From: Bacteroidales bacterium
GTDB taxonomy: Bacteria > Bacteroidota > Bacteroidia > Bacteroidales > VadinHA17
DNA length: 57,773 bases
Reading direction: 5' to 3'
Assembly: GCA_030596125.1 (NCBI GenBank)
Contig: JAUVKT010000005.1
Coordinates: 1-57,773 of the forward strand
Shown here: one piece after another, positions 1 through 8,903 of the stretch
Numbering within the stretch: the stretch's first letter is position 1
Layout of the letters: each line of letters opens with the position of its first letter
Position numbers and translations under genes: made by a program
Notes under the pieces: model-generated
Databases searched by the model: none
Told to the model about the DNA's origin: nothing
What the model saw: the letters and a program-made list of their open reading frames with translations, nothing else

Positions 1-1
1 C

Positions 2-205
2 CTCGCAAGCAATGATGATTTACCAATTCCTCATAAGATGGAAAATTTCGATTCCCATGCAAGATATTCAATATTGAAATTCACAAAAAATTCTATTAAA
101 ATTGAACAAATAGCTATTTCTTATGATTATGAAAAAGCAGCAAGAATGGCAGAAAATAATAAGAGAAATGATTGGGCTAAATGGATAAGAACCGGAAGGG
201 TATAA
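2..205 (+). CDS. 3' part of a gene truncated by the window edge; probable metallophosphoesterase (YfcE-like) C-terminus
   Basis: Frame 2 is open from base 2 to TAA at 203-205: LASNDDLPIPHKMENFDSHARYSILKF...ISYDYEKAARMAENNKRNDWAKWIRTGRV*. The HARY...YD..AA..A...R.DWA..I.TGR pattern resembles this family as I recall it; the catalytic motifs lie outside the window. Confidence 0.5.
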   Translation, partial: LASNDDLPIPHKMENFDSHARYSILKFTKNSIKIEQIAISYDYEKAARMAENNKRNDWAKWIRTGRV

Positions 206-207
206 AA

Positions 208-1263
208 ATGAAATTTCAAAAAGTCATAATTTATTATTTTTCAGTAACTGGAAATGCAAAAAATGCTGCATTATGGATAGCTGATGAAGTAAAAAGAAAG
301 GGAATGGATTTTGAAATTATTAATATCGCTAAAATTAATAATCAAGAAATTCCAAAACCAGCAGCTTATACATTAATTGGATTTTGTTCTCCTACTCACG
401 GATTTCATTTTCCGGAGATAATGCGAAAATTTATTTATAGTTTTCCTAAAACAAATAATTGTAGTGCTTTTATTGCAAATACCCGTGCCGGTTTAAGAAT
501 TGGTAAAATGTTTTTACCAGGACTGAGTGGGGTTTTGCATTATTGGTCTTCTTTGATACTCATTAAAAAAGGGTTTAAAATAGCTGGATTACGACCAGTT
601 GATTTACCTTCAAATTGGTTGTTATTGCATCCTGCACTCAGGAAAACAGGTATTGACCTAATATTCAGACATACTGAGCCAAAGGTAAGGCAGTTTGCAA
701 AAAACATCCTAGATGGGAAAAAGGATTACAGGGCATTATACGATATTATACAAGACACCTTGATTTCACCAATAGCAATTGGATATATGTATGTAGGAAG
801 ATATTTGTTTGCTAAGTCATTTATTTCCTCTTCGGATTGTGACAACTGTGGTATATGCAAGAAAACTTGTCCGGTAAACGCTATAAAACAAGTTAATGGT
901 CGCATGTTTTGGACTTATAAGTGCGAAAGTTGTATGCGATGTATGAATAACTGCCCGCAAAAAGCAATTGAAACTGCACATGGATTTATCCTTGTATTTG
1001 TATTTTTACTGGTAGCCTTACTTAGATATGGTTTAAAACAATTGCTAGCTATTGAGCCTTTTAAAGATTTGTATTGGCTTCAAACTGGAGCAATAGAATT
1101 TTTAATTTCTTCAATAATATTTATTCCTTTTTTGATTTTGGCTTATCGAATTATGCATTGGCTCTTGCGGTTTAGAATATTTGAAAGGTTTATTGTATAT
1201 ACATCTCTCTCAAAATATAAATTTTGGGGCAGATATAAGGCACCTAAAAATAAATTGACTTAA
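208..1263 (+). CDS. EFR1-family ferrodoxin (flavodoxin-like N-terminus + 2x[4Fe-4S] dicluster + C-terminal TM helices)
   Basis: YYFSVTGN flavodoxin-type loop; CDNCGICKKTCP and CESCMRCMNNCP ferredoxin motifs; hydrophobic C-terminus. ATG 208 preferred over 181 because the upstream gene ends at 205. Confidence 0.8.
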   Translation: MKFQKVIIYYFSVTGNAKNAALWIADEVKRKGMDFEIINIAKINNQEIPKPAAYTLIGFCSPTHGFHFPEIMRKFIYSFPKTNNCSAFIANTRAGLRIGKMFLPGLSGVLHYWSSLILIKKGFKIAGLRPVDLPSNWLLLHPALRKTGIDLIFRHTEPKVRQFAKNILDGKKDYRALYDIIQDTLISPIAIGYMYVGRYLFAKSFISSSDCDNCGICKKTCPVNAIKQVNGRMFWTYKCESCMRCMNNCPQKAIETAHGFILVFVFLLVALLRYGLKQLLAIEPFKDLYWLQTGAIEFLISSIIFIPFLILAYRIMHWLLRFRIFERFIVYTSLSKYKFWGRYKAPKNKLT

Positions 1264-1291
1264 TCATGCACGCTGGTTTTTGTTACTCGAA

Positions 1292-3481
1292 ATGAGATTT
1301 AATTATTTAAATATTATAATTCTGGTATTGTTCCTGTATACAATTTCATTCACAAATCTCTATTCACAGGAACCGGATAGTAATTCAAGACCAAAAGTAG
1401 GACTTGTACTCTCAGGAGGCGGTGCAAAAGGAATGGCCCATGTCGGTGTTTTGAAAGTGCTGGAGGAAGTGGGGATGCCTATTGATTATATCGGAGGCAC
1501 AAGCATGGGAAGTATTGTTGGTGGATTATATGCTGCTGGTTATACAGCCAGGGACCTGGACAGTATTGTTCATTCTATAGATTGGAACTTCATATTATCT
1601 GATGAAATTCCAAGGCAATACTTATCAATTACCGAAAAGCAAGATAATGACAGGTTCCTGTTATCTTTTCCTATTAATAAAAAGGGAGTTGAATTACCTG
1701 AAGGAATCATAAGAGGACAACACATTGAAAATGAATTTGCTAAATTATGTACTCCGGTTTATGGCATTAGAGACTTCAGCAAATTACCTATCCCTTTTAT
1801 TTGTGTTGCTGTTGATATAGAAACCGGTGAAAAGGTTGTTTTCAGAAAAGGGAACCTGTCCGATGCTATCCGAGCCAGTATGTCCATTCCATCTGTTTTT
1901 TTTCCGATGGAAATTGACGGGCGAAAATATGTGGATGGAGGTATAATAGATAATTTCCCGGTTGCTGACGTAATTGAAATGGGTGCAGATATTATTATTG
2001 GAGTAGATGTGGGTTTTGGTTCTCAAGCTAAGAAAGAGTTCAATTTCTTGACTGTAATGGAAGATGTCATATTTATCTACTCAAGTAAAATAATGAAAGA
2101 GAGTAAAAAGTCCGTTGACATTTTTATCCAACCTGATTTAAAAGGCTACGGTACATCAAGTTTCACGGCCGGAGATTCCCTGATGAGGTATGGGGAAGAA
2201 GCAGCAAGAAAATTATACCCTCAATTAAAATCACTGGCAGATTCTCTGAATGGATTAAGCAGAGTTAAGTTCACCAGGAAACCTCAGCCAATAGTTGATT
2301 CTGTTTTCATAAAGTCTATTCAAATTGAGGGACTTGCTCACCACTCAGAAAGATTTGCAACAGTTAACATACCATTTTCTGTTCTTGAGTGGGTTACTCC
2401 CGAAAAAATTCAGGAAGCGGTTGAATACATGTACGCATCCGCCTATTTCGATAAAGTCACCTCTGAACTTATTGAAGAGGAGGATGGAAGCAGGTTGATC
2501 ATACACTTCAAGGAAAAAGTGTGTGGACTATTGCGTTTAGGATTATATTATGACTTTGATTACAAGGCTGCTTTATTTCTTAATTCAACATTTTATAACT
2601 GGCTGATTAATGATACAAAGTTGTCTCTTACATTAGGCCTGGGAAGAAGTCCAACTTTTGATATTCTCTATTTCATCGATAAGGGACCGATACCGGCGCC
2701 CGGTATTGAATTTTCCAGCAACTGGGAAAGCGTACCCCTCATTTCAGATTCATCCAGAAAAGAAATTGCCACTTTTAATTGCTCTGTTACAAATGCGAAG
2801 CTGTTTCTGCAGTCAAATTTTTCAAATACCCTTGCATTTCGGGTTGGAGGGGAATGGACCCACGCTGCTATTAAGCCAGATGTTTCATTGATTGAATTTG
2901 GGAATCTTTCTGATAATTTTTGGGGGGTGTTTTCATCTCTTTATGCTGACACTTATGATCATCCAAATTTTCCCAAAAAAGGCCAACAAGCTCTGGTTGA
3001 AGCTAAGTTTATAGCAAACATTAACCTTAAACCTATATCATATTTTAGATTAGAATATCGGTTTGCTCAAAAGTTGTCAAAAAAAATCACTCTTATTCCT
3101 TCAGTTTATGGAGGCATTACGGCAGGTGATTCAATACCTATTCAATATAGTTTTCCTTTGGGTGGCCTTACCGAAATAGATAGATTTGGACATATGCCAT
3201 TTATAGGGTATAAGTATTTTGAGACGGGAAATAATAATGTCATTTTTGGCAGGCTTGATTTGCAATTTCAAATTCGAAAAAACATGTATCTTATTTTGAT
3301 GGGCAATGTAGGTTACCAGGATGAAAATTTGAAAAGCCTTCTTACTCCCGCCGGACTTATATCCGGGTTTGGTTTAACCTATGGACTCGATACCCCTGTT
3401 GGACCGCTAAAAGTTTCTGTAATGAGATCGGGTGAGTATAAAGATCTCCTGGGCTATATCCAGTTGGGATACTGGTTTTGA
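1292..3481 (+). CDS. Patatin-like phospholipase with POTRA-like region and outer-membrane beta-barrel (PlpD/type Vd-like)
   Basis: Signal peptide; LSGGGAKG oxyanion motif, GTSMG nucleophile motif and DGG motif; amphipathic beta-strand C-terminus ending in GYWF. Start at ATG 1292 or TTG 1280. Confidence 0.85.
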   Translation: MRFNYLNIIILVLFLYTISFTNLYSQEPDSNSRPKVGLVLSGGGAKGMAHVGVLKVLEEVGMPIDYIGGTSMGSIVGGLYAAGYTARDLDSIVHSIDWNFILSDEIPRQYLSITEKQDNDRFLLSFPINKKGVELPEGIIRGQHIENEFAKLCTPVYGIRDFSKLPIPFICVAVDIETGEKVVFRKGNLSDAIRASMSIPSVFFPMEIDGRKYVDGGIIDNFPVADVIEMGADIIIGVDVGFGSQAKKEFNFLTVMEDVIFIYSSKIMKESKKSVDIFIQPDLKGYGTSSFTAGDSLMRYGEEAARKLYPQLKSLADSLNGLSRVKFTRKPQPIVDSVFIKSIQIEGLAHHSERFATVNIPFSVLEWVTPEKIQEAVEYMYASAYFDKVTSELIEEEDGSRLIIHFKEKVCGLLRLGLYYDFDYKAALFLNSTFYNWLINDTKLSLTLGLGRSPTFDILYFIDKGPIPAPGIEFSSNWESVPLISDSSRKEIATFNCSVTNAKLFLQSNFSNTLAFRVGGEWTHAAIKPDVSLIEFGNLSDNFWGVFSSLYADTYDHPNFPKKGQQALVEAKFIANINLKPISYFRLEYRFAQKLSKKITLIPSVYGGITAGDSIPIQYSFPLGGLTEIDRFGHMPFIGYKYFETGNNNVIFGRLDLQFQIRKNMYLILMGNVGYQDENLKSLLTPAGLISGFGLTYGLDTPVGPLKVSVMRSGEYKDLLGYIQLGYWF

Positions 3482-3565
3482 TTAGAAGAAACATCAGCAT
3501 TGACGAATACAAAGAGATTCTGAAATCCGCTGATCTGCTTCCGAGCAGAATGATTTTGAAAGACA

Positions 3566-3805
3566 ATGGAAACATTTGTTATATTAAAAGAGTTAGTGCA
3601 AGATCCGGATTATACAGATCGTAGAAAAAAGTATCTGAATAGCCTTGATCTTAGTGTTATAGATAAGCCAATCCGAAAGATAATTGAGTGTTTTGGTAAG
3701 CGAGAGATATGTTTTTTGAGGAAATTGAATCTTTGGTCTGCATTAACATGCAAGGAATTCGCTAACAACAACCCGGAAATAATATTCTACATAACTTCAT
3801 CTTGA
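3566..3805 (+). pseudogene. Short hypothetical ORF, possibly a truncated gene remnant
   Basis: 79 aa. The N-terminal half (METFVILKELVQDPDYTDRRKKYL...IDKPI) looks like a real protein start, the rest is less convincing. It lies at a GC-content junction. Confidence 0.3.
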
Positions 3806-3863
3806 TGTTTATATTATGAGTAGTGGAGAAAATTAAGAAAACACTAGAAAAGGATACCAGACT

Positions 3864-5264
3864 GTGAGAGATTTAACACAGGGAAGCGAAGGCCGGAATA
3901 TTCTGAGGTTTGCCATTCCGATGTTGGTGGGACACATGTTCCAGCAGCTCTACACTTTTGTGGACCAGATTATCGTGGGCAGGTTCCTGGGCAAAGAGGC
4001 CCTGGCTTCGGTGGGGGCTTCCTTTCCCGTTATCTTCACGCTAATTGCACTGATCATGGGGATCGCCACAGGCGGAACCATTGTGATCTCCCAGTTTTTC
4101 GGTGCCAAGAATTTCACCAAGGTGAAACGTGCCATCGATACCATGTTTATCATTATGGGTATCTCTGCAGTGATCATGACCGTGGTGGGGATTACCTTTT
4201 CGGAACAGATCTTCCAGCTGATGAAGCTTCCCGAGGAACTGATGCCCACTGCCAATGCCTATTTTTCCATCTATGTATCCGGACTGGTGGTCTTTTTCGG
4301 GTACAATGGTGTGGCTGCCATCCTGCGTGGTTTGGGCGATTCCATCACCCCTCTCTATTTCATGGTTCTGGCTACTGTTCTGAATATTGGACTGGACCTA
4401 CTGTTTATTGTGAAGCTGGGCTGGGGGATCGAAGGAGCCGCACTGGCCACCATCATTGCACAGGGAACAGCCTTTATCGCAGCAATTTTCTACCTTAATA
4501 AAACTCACGAACTGATCAAATTCAACATCAGGGAGTTCTCTTTTGATTGGGAAATATGCAAACAGAGTCTGCGCATTGGTCTGCCAACAGGATTACAGCA
4601 TACTTTTGTGGCACTGGGTATGATGGCACTCATGGGAATTGTGAATGGATTTGGCACCGATGTGGTGGCCGCATATACGGCGGCCGGAAGACTCGACAGT
4701 CTGGCCATTATTCCCTCCATGGTATTCTCCACTGCCCTGTCAACCTTCGTGGGACAAAATATCGGGGCAGGCAAGATTGAGAGGGTGAAGCGTGGGCTGT
4801 CACGGACCATGCTAATGGCTTCCGCAACTGCCATTGGGATCACCCTTCTGATCATTCTCTTCAAATTACCCCTGATGAGTCTCTTTACGGTGGACCAGGC
4901 CGTGATCAATATTGGGGGTAATTATCTCACCATCGTCACATCGTTCTACCTTCTGTTCACAGGAATGTTTGTGTACAACGGGGTGATGAGGGGTGCCGGG
5001 GATACCATTGTACCCATGTTCCTTACACTCATTTCACTCTGGATCATCCGCATCCCGGCAGCCATACTCCTCAGCCAGGAGACCATTATGATCTTTGGGC
5101 TTTCACTCAGGGGTGCCGGGTTAGGTGAAGCGGGGATCTGGTGGTCCATCCCAAGCGGTTGGGGAGTCGGTTTGCTGCTCTCCTACATCTACTACAAAAC
5201 CGGCAGGTGGAAAACCAAAACTGTGGTAAAAGCCAAAGTGGAACCGACAACGGTCACCCGGTAA
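3864..5264 (+). CDS. MATE family efflux transporter
   Basis: DLTQG start, P.L.G..FQQLY..VD..IVG..LG..ALA, LRGLGDS.TP, GQNIGA and RGAGDT motifs; about 12 TM helices; GTG start. Confidence 0.95.
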   Translation: MRDLTQGSEGRNILRFAIPMLVGHMFQQLYTFVDQIIVGRFLGKEALASVGASFPVIFTLIALIMGIATGGTIVISQFFGAKNFTKVKRAIDTMFIIMGISAVIMTVVGITFSEQIFQLMKLPEELMPTANAYFSIYVSGLVVFFGYNGVAAILRGLGDSITPLYFMVLATVLNIGLDLLFIVKLGWGIEGAALATIIAQGTAFIAAIFYLNKTHELIKFNIREFSFDWEICKQSLRIGLPTGLQHTFVALGMMALMGIVNGFGTDVVAAYTAAGRLDSLAIIPSMVFSTALSTFVGQNIGAGKIERVKRGLSRTMLMASATAIGITLLIILFKLPLMSLFTVDQAVINIGGNYLTIVTSFYLLFTGMFVYNGVMRGAGDTIVPMFLTLISLWIIRIPAAILLSQETIMIFGLSLRGAGLGEAGIWWSIPSGWGVGLLLSYIYYKTGRWKTKTVVKAKVEPTTVTR

Positions 5265-5279
5265 AACATTAAAGCTTTG

Positions 5280-6818
5280 TTATTCCCTTAAAAACAGACT
5301 CTTTGTAGAAAAAGCCGGGTCGCAGGTCAGGTTCATATGCAGTTTCCGCAGGCCTGCTTCATCTCCCGGGGTGGGAATATGGGTCAGGTGAACCTCGCAG
5401 TTCCGAAGTTCCTTCAATTTCTGGACAGCCATCTGAGCAGCGGGATTCGAAATAGCAGATATCCCCAGTGCGATCATGGTCTCTTCCAGGTCAAGACTGA
5501 CCATCCTGCCCTTCAGGATCTCCTTTTTAAGAAAAGCAATTGAATCGATGATACTTTTTGGCAAAAGGTCTAAGTTATCCGGAAGTTCGGCCAGGTGTTT
5601 GGTCGCATTCAGGATGAGGCTGGACGCAGCATGCAACAGAGGTGAATTCTTGCCTGTGATGATGGTACCATCCTTCAGTTCAATGGCCGCCCCGCTAAAG
5701 ATGTCTTCATTTCCCTTTCCCTGTTTTTCTGCTTCTTTTGCTGCCTGGATGGCTGGCTCCACAACCTTCCTGTCATCCACCCTTGCATTCACCTTTTCCA
5801 TGATCATCTCAGCCCGATCGAGTGTATTCCTGTCCACCAATCCCATGGCATACTCCACCGCACACCTGTAATATCTCCTGATGATCTCCTGGTGACTGGC
5901 TTCCTGGATCACCTCATCATCCACAATTCCGGCACTAGCCCTGTTGACACCCATGTCAGTGGGTGATTTGTACATTGATTCTTCACCCGTAATCTTTTCA
6001 ATGATTTTTTTCAGCAACGGAATGGCTTCATTATCACGATTATAATTAACTGCTTTGACATTATAAGCTTCCAGGTGATGGTGATCAATCTGTACCAGGT
6101 CATTCAGATCCACGGTGGCTGCTTCATAAGCGATATTGACCTTGTGAGAGAGGGCCAGGTTCCAGATCGGGAAAGTTTCGAACTTGGCATAACCGGCCTT
6201 TATACCCTTTTTGTAATCATGGTAGAGGTTGCTGAGGCAGGTAGCCAGTTTGCCGCTTCCTGGCCCCGGAGCAGTTACTACTACAATGGGCTTGCTGGTT
6301 TCAATGTATTCATTAGACCCGTAGCCATAGTCGCTAACGATCTGATCAACAGTCGATGGGTAGCCCTTGGTAAACTTGTGTGTATACACCCGTATCCCAT
6401 TACGTTCCAGCTTGTTTTTAAAAGATCTGGCAGCCGGCTGGTTCTCGTAGCGGGTAATGACAACAGCAAAAACATCAATACCCCATTCCTTAAAATCATC
6501 AATGGCCTTTAGGGCATCGGAATCATAGGTAATCCCAAAATCAGCCCTTATTTTCTTTCTCTCAATATCACCTGCATAAATGCAAAGGATGATAACGATT
6601 TTGTCTTTCAATTTTTGCAACAGACGCATTTTAACATTTGGATCAAAACCGGGAAGCACCCTTGCAGCATGGTAATCAAACATGATCTTACCACCAAATT
6701 CAAGGTACAGCTTATCCTGAAAACGGTCAACCCGCTCAAGGATGGCTATCGTCTGTTCTTTTAAATACGCTTCGTTATCGAAACCGATTTTTCCGGAAGA
6801 ATTAGGTTTTTGAGGCAT
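5280..6818 (-). CDS. DUF1846 family protein (P-loop-containing, unknown function)
   Basis: KIGFDN..YL..Q, KLYLEFGGK..DYHAARVLPGF, VVTAPGPGSGKLATCLS, GYAKFETFPIWN and SPTDMGVN motifs. ATG 6818 preferred as start. Confidence 0.85.
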   Translation of the reverse strand: MPQKPNSSGKIGFDNEAYLKEQTIAILERVDRFQDKLYLEFGGKIMFDYHAARVLPGFDPNVKMRLLQKLKDKIVIILCIYAGDIERKKIRADFGITYDSDALKAIDDFKEWGIDVFAVVITRYENQPAARSFKNKLERNGIRVYTHKFTKGYPSTVDQIVSDYGYGSNEYIETSKPIVVVTAPGPGSGKLATCLSNLYHDYKKGIKAGYAKFETFPIWNLALSHKVNIAYEAATVDLNDLVQIDHHHLEAYNVKAVNYNRDNEAIPLLKKIIEKITGEESMYKSPTDMGVNRASAGIVDDEVIQEASHQEIIRRYYRCAVEYAMGLVDRNTLDRAEMIMEKVNARVDDRKVVEPAIQAAKEAEKQGKGNEDIFSGAAIELKDGTIITGKNSPLLHAASSLILNATKHLAELPDNLDLLPKSIIDSIAFLKKEILKGRMVSLDLEETMIALGISAISNPAAQMAVQKLKELRNCEVHLTHIPTPGDEAGLRKLHMNLTCDPAFSTKSLFLRE

Positions 6819-7103
6819 TAGTAATGAGAATTTGAATAATGATTTCAAGATAGAAAAAAAATCATTTTGTTTTATATCAGTTTAAGACTTTTTATATCCG
6901 TTTTAGAGTTTATGTGATGTGCGGATCCCCTCTCTTTTGTATTGTTGAGCAACAACCTGTAATGATAAAACAATTATAGTGTTTGGGTCAGAAAAAATAT
7001 TTTTTCTACTCTAATTGTTGCCTGAGTAACATAATCAGTTTTTGCCAATCCAACAATTATTTTATCAGGGTTAACTTCTGGCTGTTTTTTTTATTTTTTT
7101 AGG

Positions 7104-7150
7104 TTGTGCCTGAACGCTGCGCTAAACGAAGGTTTATTGTTGTTGGTCGT
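7104..7150 (-). other. Possible shortened attC-like remnant
   Basis: Minus strand reads ACGACCAAC...GC-GTTCAGGCACA. The GTT-side box resembles GTTCATGCACA at 8497-8507; internal pairing is weak. Confidence 0.2.
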
Positions 7151-7240
7151 ATAATTCTTTGTACTAATATTATAGTCGATTCTTAAAATAAATAAACTAA
7201 TAAAATGGAATAATTCAGATTATAATTTGTGCCATTATTA

Positions 7241-8275
7241 CTATAGTTCTTTAAATACTTTCTCGAGTAATGCTTTTGTTGCTTTAATTCCTTCGTCCTC
7301 GGAAAGCTGGCTGCCTTCGTATTCGATTCCAACATAACCTCTGAACCCTGACTCTTTTACGATTTTCATAATTCTAAGAAAATCAGAGTTGACTTCATTT
7401 CCATTTTCATCAAATTCATGTGATTTGGCGCTGACTCCTTTTGCGTAAGGCATTAATTCAGCGATACCTTGATATCGGTCATACTCATTGACACAACCCT
7501 CAGGACCCATTTCTATGCAGAAATTTCCGAAATCCGGAAGCGTCCCTACATTGTCCTTTCCCACTTTCGCCATCACTCCAGCAAGCCATTTTCCATCCGA
7601 AGAGTAACCACCGTGATTCTCCACGATGATGTTGATACCTTTTGAAGCACCATATTCTCCCAATTTGGAAAGTCCATCGACAGCATTTGTGGCCACCTCT
7701 TCAGGAGTTCCTTGCCCCGCTGCATTGACACGTATTGAATGGGCCCCGAGGAATTTGGCCACATCTACCCATTGATGATGGTTTTCAACAGCAGCCATAC
7801 GTGCCTCGGGATCAGAATCTCCAAGATTACCCAATGCATCGCACATAATTAATCCAACAGTTACTCCAGCTTCCTCACATTTCTGCTTGAATCCGTTCCA
7901 GTAGGCTTGATCATAAGCCTTACTAAAATAGAAAGTATTCACCAATTCTATTGAGTGAATCCCGTATCCAGCAGCAATTGCAGGAAAATCCACGGGATCC
8001 AATTCACCCTTTAATAAATCGTCGGGCGATTCCATGAGCATTCTGCCAAATTCCTGCCAATCCTGAATAGCTCCGCCGAAAAATGATCGGTACAAGGACC
8101 ATTGAGCCAGTGAGATTTGAAAATCAGGGGTGGTTTCTACATTTGATTCAGTTTGGTCTTCTTTAGATGCTGATGTCTCTGAAGATTTAGATCCTGTATT
8201 ACAGGACAAAAGGAAAACAGTTGCTGTAGCCATCAATAAGATTTTTGGCAGCAGAATTTGATTTTTCTTTTTCAT
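7241..8275 (-). CDS. Sugar phosphate isomerase/epimerase (xylose-isomerase-like TIM barrel) lipoprotein
   Basis: Lipobox FLLSC; ISLAQWS, VENHGG, TLPDFGNF, GVSAKS and GIEYEG metal-site motifs. Confidence 0.85.
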   Translation of the reverse strand: MKKKNQILLPKILLMATATVFLLSCNTGSKSSETSASKEDQTESNVETTPDFQISLAQWSLYRSFFGGAIQDWQEFGRMLMESPDDLLKGELDPVDFPAIAAGYGIHSIELVNTFYFSKAYDQAYWNGFKQKCEEAGVTVGLIMCDALGNLGDSDPEARMAAVENHHQWVDVAKFLGAHSIRVNAAGQGTPEEVATNAVDGLSKLGEYGASKGINIIVENHGGYSSDGKWLAGVMAKVGKDNVGTLPDFGNFCIEMGPEGCVNEYDRYQGIAELMPYAKGVSAKSHEFDENGNEVNSDFLRIMKIVKESGFRGYVGIEYEGSQLSEDEGIKATKALLEKVFKEL

Positions 8276-8329
8276 CGATTTATAGTTTTTAGTTTAATAA
8301 ATAAAGCGTTTCGAACGAAGATGTACTAG

Positions 8330-8337
8330 CAAAGTTA
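8330..8337 (-). promoter_or_regulatory. Bacteroidota sigma-A -7 box (TAACTTTG) for the TIM-barrel gene
   Basis: Matches TAnnTTTG about 55 bp upstream of ATG 8275. Confidence 0.5.
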
Positions 8338-8406
8338 TAAAATTCTTATACTTGACAGTGTAGCAATATTTACACATCCTACAAGAATAATCCGACCATG
8401 TCCTAA

Positions 8407-8495
8407 TGGCTTTAGCTGAACCGAAGGCCAACTTGTTGGCCGAGCTCGGCGACTTCGTCGGACGTAGCCAATAATATTGGCGAAGCCTGAAGCCA
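8407..8495. repeat. GC-rich multi-hairpin (REP-like) palindromic element
   Basis: Outer IR TGGCTTTAG/CTGAAGCCA encloses GGCCAAC-TT-GTTGGCC (8426-8441), CCGAGCTCGG (8440-8449), CGAC-TTC-GTCG (8450-8460) and GCCAATA-A-TATTGGC (8467-8481). Confidence 0.6.
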
Positions 8496-8496
8496 A

Positions 8497-8571
8497 TGTG
8501 CATGAACGGTCCGAGTATGGTTTCGTAGCTCCCCCGCAGGGTAGTTATGAACTATACACATATTGTGCTTA
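8497..8571 (-). mobile_element. attC-like recombination site
   Basis: Minus strand runs TAAGCACAAT ... GTTCATGCACA. Arms 8515-8530 and 8543-8557 pair over 15 positions, with 3 G-T wobbles on the + (bottom) strand and one extrahelical T. Confidence 0.5.
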
Positions 8572-8594
8572 GTTTTATCAGAATACCGTAAATC

Positions 8595-8693
8595 TTATTT
8601 AGATTTCTTTAGCCTCTTTTCTGCTTTTTTTTCTTTTGGAGTTTTAGAGGGTTCCTTTTTAACGTTCTTCTTTGCGTCTTTACCTTTTCCCAT
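8595..8693 (-). CDS. 32-aa Lys-rich small protein (not in ORF track)
   Basis: ATG 8693 to TAA 8595: MGKGKDAKKNVKKEPSKTPKEKKAEKRLKKSK*. A-rich leader; occupies the cassette-like unit. Confidence 0.7.
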   Translation of the reverse strand: MGKGKDAKKNVKKEPSKTPKEKKAEKRLKKSK

Positions 8694-8850
8694 GATATTT
8701 TCTTTTAAATGTTTGTTTTTAGTTATTCTAATGCAGATGCATGTCCTTTAGTCCTGATAAGAAATTCTATTCTTAAAAATCTGTATGTAAATTAAGCACA
8801 ACGTGAAGAAGAACACCTATGGTTCTTATTTCTTCAATACTTTTTGTTTT

Positions 8851-8891
8851 AGGTGTTCATATACCAGTAAAATACAGGGCTATGAACACCT
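8851..8891. repeat. Perfect 11-bp inverted repeat AGGTGTTCATA-N19-TATGAACACCT
   Basis: Seen directly; a third partial copy GAACACCT lies at 8811-8818. Confidence 0.6.
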
Positions 8892-8903
8892 TTTATAATT
8901 ATC

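Noticed and set aside
6850-7100. Possible gene remnant in the long AT-rich spacer
   Set aside because: Only short open stretches without a start codon or recognisable motif.
8294-8503. 69-aa minus-strand ORF
   Set aside because: It runs through the palindromic element and a promoter box and has no recognisable protein features.
8563-8751. Phe-rich 62-aa + strand ORF
   Set aside because: Antisense shadow of the Lys-rich 32-aa ORF.
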